From NCBI GenBank assembly GCA_030704615.1, contig CM060731.1:72168001-72232000 (forward strand): 64,000 nt of DNA, given 5' to 3'. The first letter of the stretch is position 1; every line of letters begins with the position of its first letter. Positions 1-11,495 of this stretch are shown here, one piece after another. The translations under genes and the position numbers were made by a program. This DNA is from Takakia lepidozioides. Its lineage: Eukaryota; Plantae; Bryophyta. The notes below the pieces were generated by a model. The model made no database searches. It saw nothing but the letters and a program-made list of their open reading frames with translations, and was not told the DNA's origin.

Positions 1-815
1 GCCTCCCTCACTGCCACGGCAGTGGAGCTTAGAGAGAAGACTCCGGCTGAGGCCGGCGTAACTAAGAGCCACTTCACCTTGCGGCTACTGCCCCCTTTCG
101 AAGGTGGGCCCTATAACAAAAAAGTGTCCAGGGGGACACCAGATGACCGCTAAGACACCAGGTGACCGCTAAGAATAGAGGGGGCGAGGGTATCCCTAGG
201 TACCCAGGGGTATCCTAGGGGACCTAAGGTGCATTTGAAGTGCCGGATTCCAGTTGACGTTTGTTGGTGATAATAGCTATGAGTGAACGGAGTGCCGTAA
301 GATGGATTTCTTTGAAACATTTGTGGATGAGAAGAATGGGAATTTGGAAGTTATCGTGTGTGTCCGTGATACTGGCGTTATGAATGCCACCTCGAGTGTC
401 GGTTGTGATGACAGTTAACGGGCCGGTTTTCCAGCCACGCCTTCGGAGTGCAAGGATAAGCGAGACATATTTTTGACGTTTTTCTAAGATTGAATCGTTT
501 GGATAACGATCATGGCAAAATGTGAATTCAATGAAATGGATGGTGAGTTGTGGGGATGGTGAGGTGGGGGGTAAAGTGTTGATAGGTAGACCTTGGACGA
601 GGAGTATGTCCGGGCAAAGTCGAGCGAGGCATGAGCATGGTGATCGGGTACATATGCATGGTAGTGGCCACGGTGGTACTGTGTGGTCGGGTGGCCGTCC
701 TTGGTAGGTGCCTGCATTCATGAGCGAGAACCAACGGGTTTCAGCATGTTTTAGAAAGAGCTTGTGGAGATGCCAGACTGCCTGGTTATGACGCGTGATA
801 TGCAAGCCATTGTCA
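1..815 (-). mobile_element. 5'-truncated non-LTR retrotransposon (RLE type, Dualen/RandI-like): C-terminal endonuclease ORF remnant plus 3' UTR; runs off the left edge
   Basis: ORF 224..805 reads HITRHNQAV...RLCPDILLVQG...IHFIEFTFCHD...EKRQKY...GW. This is the RHN + PD-(D/E) + KxxKY signature of restriction-like endonuclease domains. It aligns with a second copy at 16119-16603, and the 3' UTR (about 45-115) matches 15930-16003. Confidence 0.8.
65..112 (-). ncRNA. Conserved structured RNA element in retroelement 3' UTR (copy 1)
   Basis: Sense sequence AGGGCC-CA-CCUUC-GAAA-GGGGG-C-AGUA-GCC-GCAA-GGU-GAA-G-U-GGCUCU. It forms three stems with two GNRA loops and covaries with the copy at 15953-16000. 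Confidence 0.7.
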
Positions 816-1248
816 AGTTAAATAAGCACAGTGTGAAAACAACTAGAATAAAGCTAGACAATAACGGCAATGAGGTTGCGGTTGGGGTGATGATGATGGG
901 CAGAGGGGTGGGAGATGTGCAGTGGAGCTTAAATAGTATTAGGTCGTAATCTAATCCTGGTCCCGCGTGACACTTACATATAGGCCAGCCAGATGCCCTT
1001 CCGGCATAGCCATAGAAAGAAGCCAGATCACCCAAATCTATCCTAATCTAATCCTAAACTAGATGTTAGAATAAGACAACACCTAATAAAGTCATAAGCT
1101 GTTGCCAGCTCATCCTCATGCGCAAGGTGTAAGTTCATCCAGACTTCATCCTGGTTCCGTCCATCCCTAAATCATCTCGACACATCCCTCCTCCGTTCAT
1201 CCAAGTCGAACCCAGCTCCACAGCTTCCATCCCCTTTTCCCAAAAAAT

Positions 1249-1270
1249 TATATATATATATATATATATA
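1249..1270. repeat. (TA)11 microsatellite
   Basis: Read directly from the sequence. Confidence 0.95.
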
Positions 1271-1298
1271 TCTTGTCTTTCATCCATGTTCTCTCGAT

Positions 1299-1315
1299 CC
1301 CTAAACCCTAAACCC
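1299..1315 (+). promoter_or_regulatory. Telo-box (AAACCCTA) upstream of DCAF13
   Basis: CCCTAAACCCTAAACCC lies about 140 bp upstream of the ATG. Telo-boxes are typical of plant ribosome-biogenesis and translation genes. Confidence 0.65.
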
Positions 1316-1449
1316 CAACCTTCGTCTTCAAGGTTTGCAAACGGTGGTATCCTGCAGCAACTCAAGCAAGCCGAAGATCAACGAGGCGTCATCACCCCTT
1401 CACGACTACTGTTGACACAGGAGAAGTACTTGCAATCGGAGGGTGGGAA

Positions 1450-4400
1450 ATGAAGGTGAAGGTGATCGCTCGTTCTGACGATGACTTTACCCGAGACCGT
1501 GGTCAAGACCTCCAGGTTTGTCGGTTTCCTACTGCTGCCTTAGCTCCTGTTATTTGCCTTGTGAGGCCAGGCAATTGCTGCGTTTTTGTTTTCCAAAGCA
1601 GGCTTGGTAAATTGCAGGAAAGCTTTTGGGAATGACTGGGTTAGGTGTTATGGAAAGACTGTTATGCTACTAATCCATTCGGTTAAAAAATTTGTTTCGT
1701 AGACCTTTCTGAGGCAGGTGTTCTGGGAGATAGGATGGAATTTAAGGTTGGTTGCTATTGGGGTCGAGGGTTTTGCTATCTAGGCCACGTCTAATCGGTA
1801 CAATTGTAGACCATGTGAGCCGGGCATACCTTTGAGTGTATCGGAGTGGAACCGGATTAGGTGCAGGATGAAAACAGGCTAGTCTCCTCCATTGCCAAGT
1901 ATAAGTTGGGGTCCTTTACTGTATGGTCGGGTCTTGCTTCTCAGTCTTCTTCAGAGCTGGGGTCTTTGTTTTAAACGACAGCTGAATTGAATGCCCTATC
2001 GTTGGGTTCTCTTTTGATGTGGTGTTCCAATGTGTGCCTCAGTTTTATGGTGTGGTGTGTTCCTGTCAAGACAGAAAGTGTTTAGAAACTTGGACCCAAG
2101 TCTTCACCCACAGGAGAGGGCACATGAATATGTTCGAGCTCTCAATGCAGCCAAATTGGAAAAGGCAAGTACTATTTGCCTTGCCTCTATTGCTTTATGT
2201 GCTTGTTAGCAATTATACTGATGCAAATTGACTTCCTTGCTAGCTAGTTTTTTTTCATCTGTTAAGATCCAGCCTTCACGTTCAGTGAGTGATGTGGCTA
2301 TATGGGCATTGTATTTTGTGCAGGTGTTTGCCAAACCCTTTGTGGGAGCTATGAGTGGGCATATGGATGGTGTGTCTTGCATGGCCAAAAATCCGCACCA
2401 TCTCAATTGCCTCATATCTGCTTCCTTGGATGGAGGTATGAGTGGTGCCGATGATTTACTTGCTTTCTTGCAGCTGTGCATTATTAGTTTCCATTCTTAT
2501 GATACACAAACCCATGTCTGCGAATGTTTGTGTAGAAAAATAGATTGACTGGATTGGTTTCCGCTAACACAAATGTGACGTTAAATGTTGCAGACATTCG
2601 ACTTTGGGATATTGCCTACAGGTACTCACCTTCTTTAATTGGTATGATTTGATTGCAACCTTTAATCAATTGGTCTGCTTTCCCTTCCTCTGAGGTTGTT
2701 GATGGAGGTGAGTATGGTCTCTATGCAGGCGTACTGTGCGGCATTTTCCAGGCCACAGAGGGGCTGTACGTGGGTTGGCAGTATCCACAGATGGGAACCA
2801 CCTTGTTTCTTGTGGCGATGATTGCGTGTAAGCTTGCTTTACATGTCTTGTGTGTGGGCAAGATCATATAGCACAGAGATGTTCACAAGGTGCATGCACT
2901 CACACACACGCACTGTGTATCGTGATGGTAATGTCATCACCAGGAAAAGAAGAAACTTTTGCACCAGTAACAGAGTGAGGGTCCGTACTGAGGTGGACTA
3001 CGCTGAGAGGATTGGCTAGTCTAATATGTTCCCAATGAAATAGGAACAGCAATTGCTGTACTCTCCCACTAGAGAACAACATGGCCAGAGGCCTGACTAA
3101 GAAATACTAACTCAAGTGAAGTGTGCAACCCTAAATAATATGAAGGTCAGCAAATGATAAGCTTTACCAGCATCCAAACTGTGAAACACACTACCAAGCC
3201 CATGGGTCTGAACTGGCCAAAACTTGTCTTCAGGCAGTTTTGGAGGTCCAGAGAGAGAGAGAATGTACTTGTAAGACTTTGTTTGCTATAGTCTTGTGGC
3301 CATAGACCTATGCCCAGTATGCACAGCATAGGGAATAGACTCTACCTTTGTGAGAGGGGCTCACTCCATGGGGAGAGAGAGAGAGAGAGAGGAAAGTTTT
3401 CCGTGTGCTCAAAGTAAACTTCGATGGTGTCATGGGTACAGGGTAAGGCTTTGGGAGATTCCTTCTTCTTTTGTGGGGGAGTCTACTGGTGAACATGTGG
3501 ATGTTGTGGAGGCAAGTCCCTAAACTTCAGTCACTTGTTTGCGGGCTTGTAACGGGCACAGGATGTTCTGCATTAGTGGAGTAACCAGTTAAATGGATCA
3601 GAAAATGCATGGTATCCTCACCATCATGCCACGGATAGGACATTGGATACCAAATGCCACAGCTACCTGCTGTCCAGAGGTAGGCAGCCTTCTTTAGTTT
3701 GAACTTGCAGCCCAGTTCCCGACTTGGGGAGGCCCTATAGATTGTCCTTGATTCCCAGTTGTTCATCAGATGCTGAAAGGAAGGTCTGAATAGATTTATG
3801 TCTGGCTTTAGCTCCTTCACTTGGAGTAAGGGCTTCTGTTGATACCAGTCTAGTTCCCCTTTTCATCAAATTCGAAAAGCAGGGTTTGAGCTCTATGAAG
3901 TAATGTTCGTCGGTTCTTTTTTCCTGTATGTTGCAGCCTCTGGCAACCTATCAAGGAAAGAATGCTTACAGGTACTTCTGGTCGGTATTTCATTGATCAT
4001 GGTTTGTAATATCCTGTTCAGGGACTACAAAAGTTTTGTGGTTGTGGCACTGTCAGTAGATTTTGTTTGTGCAATGACTTCACTCTGCTTCTCTCCCTCT
4101 ATCTCTCTCCACCTCTCTGTTGCAATATCATAGTTCAGTCTGCAGCTAGTGCTGCTTTTGAAGAGGCTGGTCTTACCCAACATGCGATATTACTTCATGC
4201 ACTGTGGGGATGGAGAAAATATGGAGAATTAAGTGCTCAGAAAGGGTTAGGATTGCAAGGACTAACCTGCAAGTCTGATGCCATGTGTCTTACATGAGGT
4301 TAGGTCCATTACTCTGGGATATGGACTTGGGGACATCTACACATGGAGAGGATGCGGCCTAGAGATATTACCAACTTAGGTTGTTAAGAATTTCAATGCT

Positions 4401-6221
4401 TTCACTTTCGGGTGCCCACCCGTGCCTACGAAATCCATGGGTTTGAGATTTCAAACCGTGCTTTGGTGACTTCCTGGGGTGCAGAGCTGTGGATTACCAG
4501 TGGAATAGTCAAATATTTGCAACAGCAGGTTCGCAGGTTGATATCTGGGATCAAAACAGGTGTAACACCTGCCGCCCCCCCCCCCCCCCCCAAAACGCCC
4601 TTTCTCCAGTTTTAGCCCCTTCTTCCCTCTATAATGAGTGCATCAGTATAGATGTGATGTTGTCTTATTATGGTTGTACATGAGGACATTTCAAGATGGC
4701 CTGTTCACTATACACTCCATCAATGTAGGGCTTGGTTGTCGGGGTTGGCAGGTTTGTGGAGTTGGTACAACATTAGGGCTCATGATTAAGCATCTGGCCA
4801 AAATGTCCCCATTCCTGAGTTCGCGCATATTGTACTCACCAAATCTCTGGTTTTATCTGATAGCTAAACAGAGTTACTCCCCTTCACAGTGGAATCCTCA
4901 GTTGGTGTACCTAAGTGTTTTGGGTGCATACCACTCCAATTATGGAAGTGCCTTGTTTTCCTGTACATTTGCAAACATCAATCGGCAGACCATCTGGTAA
5001 ATGGTTTGCCAATAAGCGTGTTATTAATGTGCTGGAGGTGAGTGATGGTCACCAACTTGTTCCAATTAGCATTCTTAGATCCTACGATGCTGATGGTATT
5101 CATGAATTGCTTAGAACCTGCTGAGTTTAGCTCTTATAAGTTGCCTTGCTGGAGTTTGTAGCTCTTGTCAATTTCAGAAAGGTGTAGGTGAAAAATATGA
5201 TGGTGGAGCTATGCCATTCCCATCAGAGCATGTTTGGTGACAAGGGATGTCGGGGTGGGGTGGTCTGGGGCAAAGGTCAGAACCAGTGAACAGCTTCTCC
5301 TGGGGCGCAGACTCAGTGGTGTCGGTGCGCTTCAATCCTGCTGAACGTGATGTATTTGCCACCACTGCAAGGTGTTACTTTTTATGTTTATTTTTGCAGG
5401 CATTTCTCTCCCTGTTCAGCTCCTCTTCTCTCCCTGAACTATGGCCTTACTATTTTCTTTTGAGCTTTGTGTGTTGCTAAGGTAGGCTGTCACTAGCACT
5501 GGTTAAGTGCACGATGGTCATGAAATGTAAATCTTATTATGTTTCTTTTTGAAGGTTATTGAGATGTGGAATAGAAGTGGAGCACTGGATGAAAACTGGA
5601 ACAGGTTCGGAGTTCCCCCTGGCTAGTGAATCAGAAACATACTTGACAGTTACACATTGTATGGGTGGGCACAGTGACCGCAGCATTGCGCTATATGATC
5701 TCCGGATGGGTACTCCATTGAGAAAACTAATAATGCAGGTACTCACCTCGTATCTGCCACAACTCTTGTAGCAGGAAGGCACAAATCACGTTTGGTTTAC
5801 AACATTGATAGAATGCCAGATAGCTTAATGACGGAGAATACATAGAGCTATTGGAAACTTTGACCCCCCCCCCCCCCCCCGGTCCTCTCTCTCTCTCCCT
5901 CGTTGCCCTGCACGCAGCCCAGAGTGACGGATGGAAGCCTCCTGTGCCCATCCCCAAGCATGTCATTTCTGTTGTAAACGCAGGGCTATAAAACTAAAAT
6001 CTGCAACCAGGCTGTTGAGTTTGCATGGTGACTAGTGTCACTGTGAGTGCCTCAATGGCTGTTGTGGGAAAATAAGTATATGCCTGCAAGCTGATTTGTG
6101 GGAATAAGCTAAACCCTGGTGGGTGCAAACCCCACAAAAGGCTCTGGGGGGGTTAGTTTCCCGCAGGGTCAATGGCCGTAAGGCTATGGTAAGCCAATGT
6201 TCGCAAGGAACCGGATGGGTA

Positions 6222-6265
<44 letters not shown>

Positions 6266-9200
6266 TAACTCTCTTCAGGAACGTCAACAACATCGTCCCT
6301 GCACCTCTGTTCACGAACTTCGAAATCTTGAGGCTGAGCCGAAAGCCATGGCCCTGTTGGGGTCTAATTGCTGGGCAGAGCACTCACATCAGCTTGATGC
6401 TTGTGTGAAGGGCTTTCTAGAGGATATCTGGAAAGCCCGAACTAATTGTTTATACCAAGGTGAGTCCCAGTACTGGAGTGAGCCCCTCACAAAGGTAGTT
6501 TATGTTCCCTTTAGTTCTGCCCAAACTGGGGGTGGGGTCTATGGCCACAAGGCTACAGCAAACGGCTTATGAGTTGATTCTCTCCCTCCCGCATACGGAA
6601 AACAATGTCTTATGAGTACATTCTCTCTCTCTCCCTCTCCCTTTTGTTTTCCACTCAAACTGGGCGTGATGTCAACGGCCACAAGGCTACAACAAACGTC
6701 TTCTGAGTACATTCACTCTCTTTTGTTGCACCGAAATTGGGCATGAGGTCTATGGCCACAAGGCTAGGGCAAACAACACCTTCTGAGTACATTACTCTGT
6801 TTCTCTATTAACATCCACGACAACCACTGGTGCCAGTGTTAGATGGAAATTCTGAGTACCCACCTTGATTTCAAGCTGGGCTGAATGTAAGTTGCTGTAG
6901 TAGGGCCATGGTGGATGAATGAGACAAAGATTGTTGCTCTCACATTGAAAGGAACATTTTTGAAGTCACATGGTAAAAGCTCTGTTCAAGAGGCTGGGAA
7001 TAAGAACTGTGATCCTCCTCATGTTTGTATGTTTGGACTCTTTCTGGAGAAATCAAAATCAATTTCTAAAAGCTTACTTTCACAAGCATTCCACAATGCT
7101 TGTGGCCCCCATTTGGCTCATCTCTCAATCCAGTTCGGCCTCTCCGGCCTTTTCTGCTCTGTTCTAACCAGGCATGGAGTCTTTGGCCACTTGGCTATGG
7201 CAAAGTCTGACAAGTATGACTGTCCTTGATATGTTGCTGTTTCAACAGGGAAAAAGCTGTAGGTCTGTTGGTTGGTAAATTACACTAGTGATCACGCTGT
7301 AATTATTTTTACATTTTGTTGGTGTGTTATTTGCTGCAGACAAGGACAAATTCAGTCGCTTGGAATCCCCAAGAAGCATTCAACTTCACTGCTGTAAGCT
7401 GTTTGTTTCAGTTGGATGCCTATGCTGAATACATTGAGAGCCTTCATGTGAGTAGCTGTGTGGGATGCTGTAGTTCCTGGGGCATGATATGGTTGGCCGG
7501 ATTGGGGACCAGGCAAATGAGGATAGCAACTGCTACAGCTTCGACATGCGAAGGCTCAAGCACGCCTCCTGCATTCATAAGGACCACGTGTCAGCTGTGT
7601 GAGTTTCTGTAATTCTAGAATTTTCAACAAGGGGAGTTGGTTGTCTGTGCTATCATGACAATTTACTTGTGTTCTTCTTGGAATTGAAGCAAATATGATT
7701 TGTACATGGATGCAGGATGGATCTGGATTACTCACCAACAGGTCGAGAGTTTGTTACAGGATCATATGACAGAACAGTTCGTGAACTTAGTCACCTCTCA
7801 ATATGCTTCCTTTTGCTGCCCTTCTATTCATGTCATGGAGTAAATTGGATTTTGTCTATGTGAGCTATGATTGATCTTTCTTACATTAGGACATCACCTT
7901 TTTGGTGCATCCATTTCTGTTGGAAGTACTAAATGTCACTACTGGGCTGTGTGGCAATAACCTGAGATTGATTATCATGCAGGTCAGAATTTTCCCCTAC
8001 AATGGAGGCCATAGTAAGGAGGTGTATCATACAAAGCGCATGCAGAGGTATCTTAGAACTGCTTTCTTGAGTGTCTCACATAACTTCATTGTATGGTTGA
8101 TGCGAGAAATATACTGTGGGCTTGTGGAGTGATAATTTTCTCATAATTTGGTGCGAGAATGGATGCTGCCAAATATTGAAACCTTTGTGGAGGGCCAAGG
8201 CTGCTTCTAGTGCAGTCTATGCTGTTGCTCAGATGACTTCCCCAAGTGGCAATGTATCTTTCTATTATGGTCTCATTTGATGTCAGATATTCTCAACCAG
8301 CTCCTAAAGGCTGACTATGCTCCATAGTTGGCGAGTACCACTTTTGTTTGCTTTCATATTTATGTGTGGTAGCTTTGTGATGATGAACACCCATCATCAG
8401 CCCTTTGAAGGCAACAGCGGTGCTCCTGAGAGCTGTCAATGTTCCCTTAAGCTCTGCCTTGTCATGATAATGGGAGTGTGTGACTAATGCTCTTTGAGCA
8501 TTTGCTGGCTTTGATGTCACTTTTTTGGAACTGCAATATCTTCTTGTTCTTTGTAACGTAACTGTGAGGGTGTGATGTGTACATGGGATGGATCTAGGGT
8601 ATTCTGTGTGAGTTTCAGTAGCGATGCCGCATATGTGGTGTCAGGCAGTGATGATACAAACCTTCGTCTGTGGAAGTCAAAGGCATCGGAGCAACTTGGC
8701 GTGGTAACAACTGAATTGGCCTTCAACAATGATTTGAAACTGTGCATAAATACATTCTGTCTCCCACACAAAGGTCTTTTGCCATAAAATGTTTCCTATT
8801 GGGATGTATAGGCATGCCGAGATTGGAGTTGTCATTTTTTGGGTGGGTGTGTGGGTTTACAGCTGCTGCCAAGGGAGAAACAAAGGCATGCATATCTGAC
8901 TGCAGTGAAGGAGCGCTACAAGCATCTACCTGAAATCAGTCGAATTGATCGGTGGGTTTACATCCTTTCCGTAAATGGTCAGAGCTCTTTGATGGGTGTT
9001 CAATTTGGCCGCTCTCATTGTTTTTGTGATAGCCCAATTCGTTGGTGCCACATGCCACAGAGGTCATGTGTTTTCTCATTGGAATTTCCTGCAAACATTG
9101 CCTGTGACATACCCTTCAAGGCATCATTGTGGGGGGCTTGTGTGGCCAAAGTTGCCTAGATTAAGTTCTGATGTACTGGAAGGGGTTATCATGCAGGCAT

Positions 9201-9359
9201 CGCCATTTACCGAAAGCTATATATAAGGCAGGCAAGCTGCGCCATGCGTCAAATAGTGCTGAGCAAAAACGTGAAAATCGGAAGAGAGCCCACAGTGCAC
9301 CTGGGACAGTTCCTTATACAGCTGCTCGGAGGAAACGCATTGTTACACAGCTGGAATAG
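1450..9359 (+). CDS. DCAF13: DDB1- and CUL4-associated factor 13 / SOF1 (WD40, U3 snoRNP/SSU processome protein), 17 exons, 452 aa
   Basis: Exons: 1450-1515, 2075-2164, 2324-2435, 2594-2621, 2729-2827, 3442-3511, 3937-3971, 4485-4559, 5276-5371, 5675-5738, 7340-7393, 7513-7598, 7716-7776, 7983-8047, 8598-8703, 8863-8951, 9197-9359. They total 1359 nt in frame. Motifs MKVKVIARS, KLEKVFAKPFVGAM, YHTKRMQRVF, SGSDDTNLRLWK and HRHLPKAIY match SOF1/DCAF13. Confidence 0.96.
3250..3375 (-). repeat. Intronic repeat unit (inverted copy of the 6466-6800 family)
   Basis: The reverse complement contains GGAGTGAGCCCCTC..ACAAAGGTAG and GGTCTATGGCCACAAGACTATAGCAAAC..GTACATTCTCTCTC, both found on + at 6466-6630. 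Confidence 0.8.
6160..6800 (+). repeat. Degenerate tandem repeat (4 units, core GGTCTATGGCCACAAGGCTA..CAAAC..GAGTACATTCTCTC) with a (CT)n tract, probably TE-derived
   Basis: Units start near 6166, 6535, 6670 and 6746; (CT)n lies at about 6224-6262. Confidence 0.75.
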
Positions 9360-10389
9360 AGCACACTTTAACCTGCATGTGCCTCAGGTCTTGAGGGCAG
9401 AAAAATCTGCTCTTGCACGCAGCTGTGCCACATTTCATGGCAGGTTGAATAGGTGCATGTCATTCAGGTCTATGAGGGCAAAAGCAACATTATGCTGGCC
9501 GAGTCCACAGCTGCTGCGCCCATGGCAGAGATTCGGAATGGAATAGGCCTTGTAGAACTGAGGTGATGGACCTCTCACATGATCTGTAATTATGCTAGAA
9601 AGAAAGGTCTCAATCCTATTCAGGGAATTTCAAGATATCTTGCAGACTCAACTCTTGCATAATGGACTGACTCTACATTGGAGATTACTTAAAGTAAGAG
9701 GTAATCCTGATTCCTTGCATGGCTGGATACAGTAGCAAAGCTACAAAATTACCTGAGCAATTTGTGGTGACCGCATGCAATTCACCGCCTGCTATATCTA
9801 TCCAAAGGTAGATACTTCACATTGGTGGTTTCTTGGTTTAGGGCTTACTACCTTCATGGCTACAATTCTCATCCTCACCCGCCAGCACTCCTCGACCAAC
9901 CAACAGTGGAGATTGATACCGGTTGCCTTCCAAAAGCCACATACTTTCATGCCCTGCATGACATTCACCAAGTACCGGGTGTATATCAGAGGTGGAAAAT
10001 CTCAATGATGAGGAGGCAGCAATTCTACAGAAACTTGCTGCCAGTAGATATATGTGTATTTGCTTCCAAGGAAACACCAGCCCCAACAACTCGGCCTTGA
10101 AGGGGAAAACAAGCGGCTAGTTGCGTATGGCTCCTCTTTATGAATAACGAAATCTACTTTCATCCATAATAAATTTGAAATTTTATCCATTTATTCTTCA
10201 TAAATTGTTCTTTGTAACCGCTTCATCTCTTCCACCAGACCATTGTACATCCACTCCGCCCAAGCCACATCCTCTCCCCTCATACGAGTGGTGTTACTTG
10301 AGGCATTTCATGAAGCAGTTTTCAACAAAGGAGAGGAGGTGACACTTGGGGAAGGCACAATAGGGGCTTAGCGATTATTGACACCAATG

Positions 10390-10540
10390 GGTCGTCTCCT
10401 CTTTAGAATAAAGAGGAGCCAATAAACAGGCATATCACAGGGGCAAAGCCTCATCCCCAAGGCAAAGAGACAAGTGACAGGACTTTGAACCTGAGACCCA
10501 CAAGCCAATACACGAGTGGCTTACCACTGGGCCACAACCT
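10390..10540 (-). mobile_element. Putative tRNA-derived SINE head
   Basis: On the minus strand, A-box TGGCCCAGTGG (10524-10534) and B-box-like GGTTCAAAGTCC (10480-10491) are about 32 nt apart. No full cloverleaf forms and the 3' boundary is approximate. Confidence 0.5.
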
Positions 10541-11305
10541 TGTTGTCTACGCCCTAATGGGGACACCCAACAACTACCAAGGGCGGGAGCCCGAGGTCCC
10601 ATTCTCTCTTTATTTTACCATTCATATTCATACATATAGGGCCAAATACATGCCTCCTGCTACTTCATTCAAGTTTCCTGCCGCCATGGTAGCCTCCTTT
10701 GCTATAAAAGACAAGGAGTTTGGAGGGAGGGGGGCAGAAAAAAAGGGGGATTGGATCAGTAAGGCACAGTACATAGTTATCCATTAAGTCCAGGGGATGG
10801 AGGGTGAGTTCGGCCAGTTTGGTCAGAAGTAAGGGTGAACGTCTATGAAGCGGGCCCACAAAGTACAAGCGAAATAAATAGGGGGCCAAACTCAAAATAG
10901 TAGGAAAAAATGTGTTTGATCCCCTCTTCCTCCGCGGCGCGGCGCCCCACCCCTTGGACATGTGGATGAGCCTGACAGGGGCCCACGCTCCCATCATGTT
11001 GACCCTTCCCACATTTCCACCTGGCACAAGGTCATGCTACTTACTTTGTTCAGCTCGTGCCCAGTTTACTCGACTCCTACCTATTTTACTGGACTTAACG
11101 GATAGGCTCAAACTGCCCACCAAAGCCGCATGTGGGGCGGGACTTAAGGGATAACTTTACTAGGGGAAAGGGCCAATACATGGTTTGGATAAACTATAGT
11201 TTGGGCAACTGGAAGAAAAATAGTCGAGGGTGGTGAAGGGATGGGGCCTAGAGAAAAGGAAAATGGGTAACATTTTCCTCAAAAATTTCTAATTCAACAG
11301 TGTTG

Positions 11306-11320
11306 TGGGTGCAGCGCCGG
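11306..11320 (-). pseudogene. 3'-terminal fragment of a third 5S rDNA unit, with its downstream spacer
   Basis: TGGGTGCAGCGCCGG matches 18361-18375 at 14/15. Its flank 11218-11305 (AGTCGAGGG..GGCC..GAGA.AGGA.ATGG) resembles 18280-18360. Confidence 0.6.
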
Positions 11321-11380
11321 AGGAAAAATAAAAATAAAAATGTAACATTTTCCTTGAAAGGCTCTAATTTACCAAAGTTG

Positions 11381-11495
11381 TGGATGCGGCATTGGGAATT
11401 CCCGAGAGGTCACCAATCCCAGTACTATTGTGGCCCAAAGGCAACTTCAGAATTCTGATGGGATCTGGTGTAGTAGCCTTGGTATGACCGCACCA
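11381..11495 (-). pseudogene. 5S rRNA pseudogene
   Basis: Colinear with the 5S gene at 18361-18479, but with a 4-nt deletion in the A-box region (AGTTAAGCGC becomes AGTTGC), several substitutions and TATAA changed to CATAA upstream. It shares about 50 bp of 5' flank with that gene. Confidence 0.9.

Noticed and set aside
65-112. Hammerhead ribozyme
   Set aside because: It is a three-way junction but lacks the CUGANGA and GAAA-stem-UH core. A group II domain III or 16S helix 27 origin was also considered, but only the generic AGUA/GAA motif is shared.
1299-1315. Interstitial telomere
   Set aside because: There are only about two units, positioned as a promoter telo-box.
9700-10380. Gene downstream of DCAF13
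   Set aside because: The ORFs are short and overlapping with no recognisable homology; probably decayed repeat.
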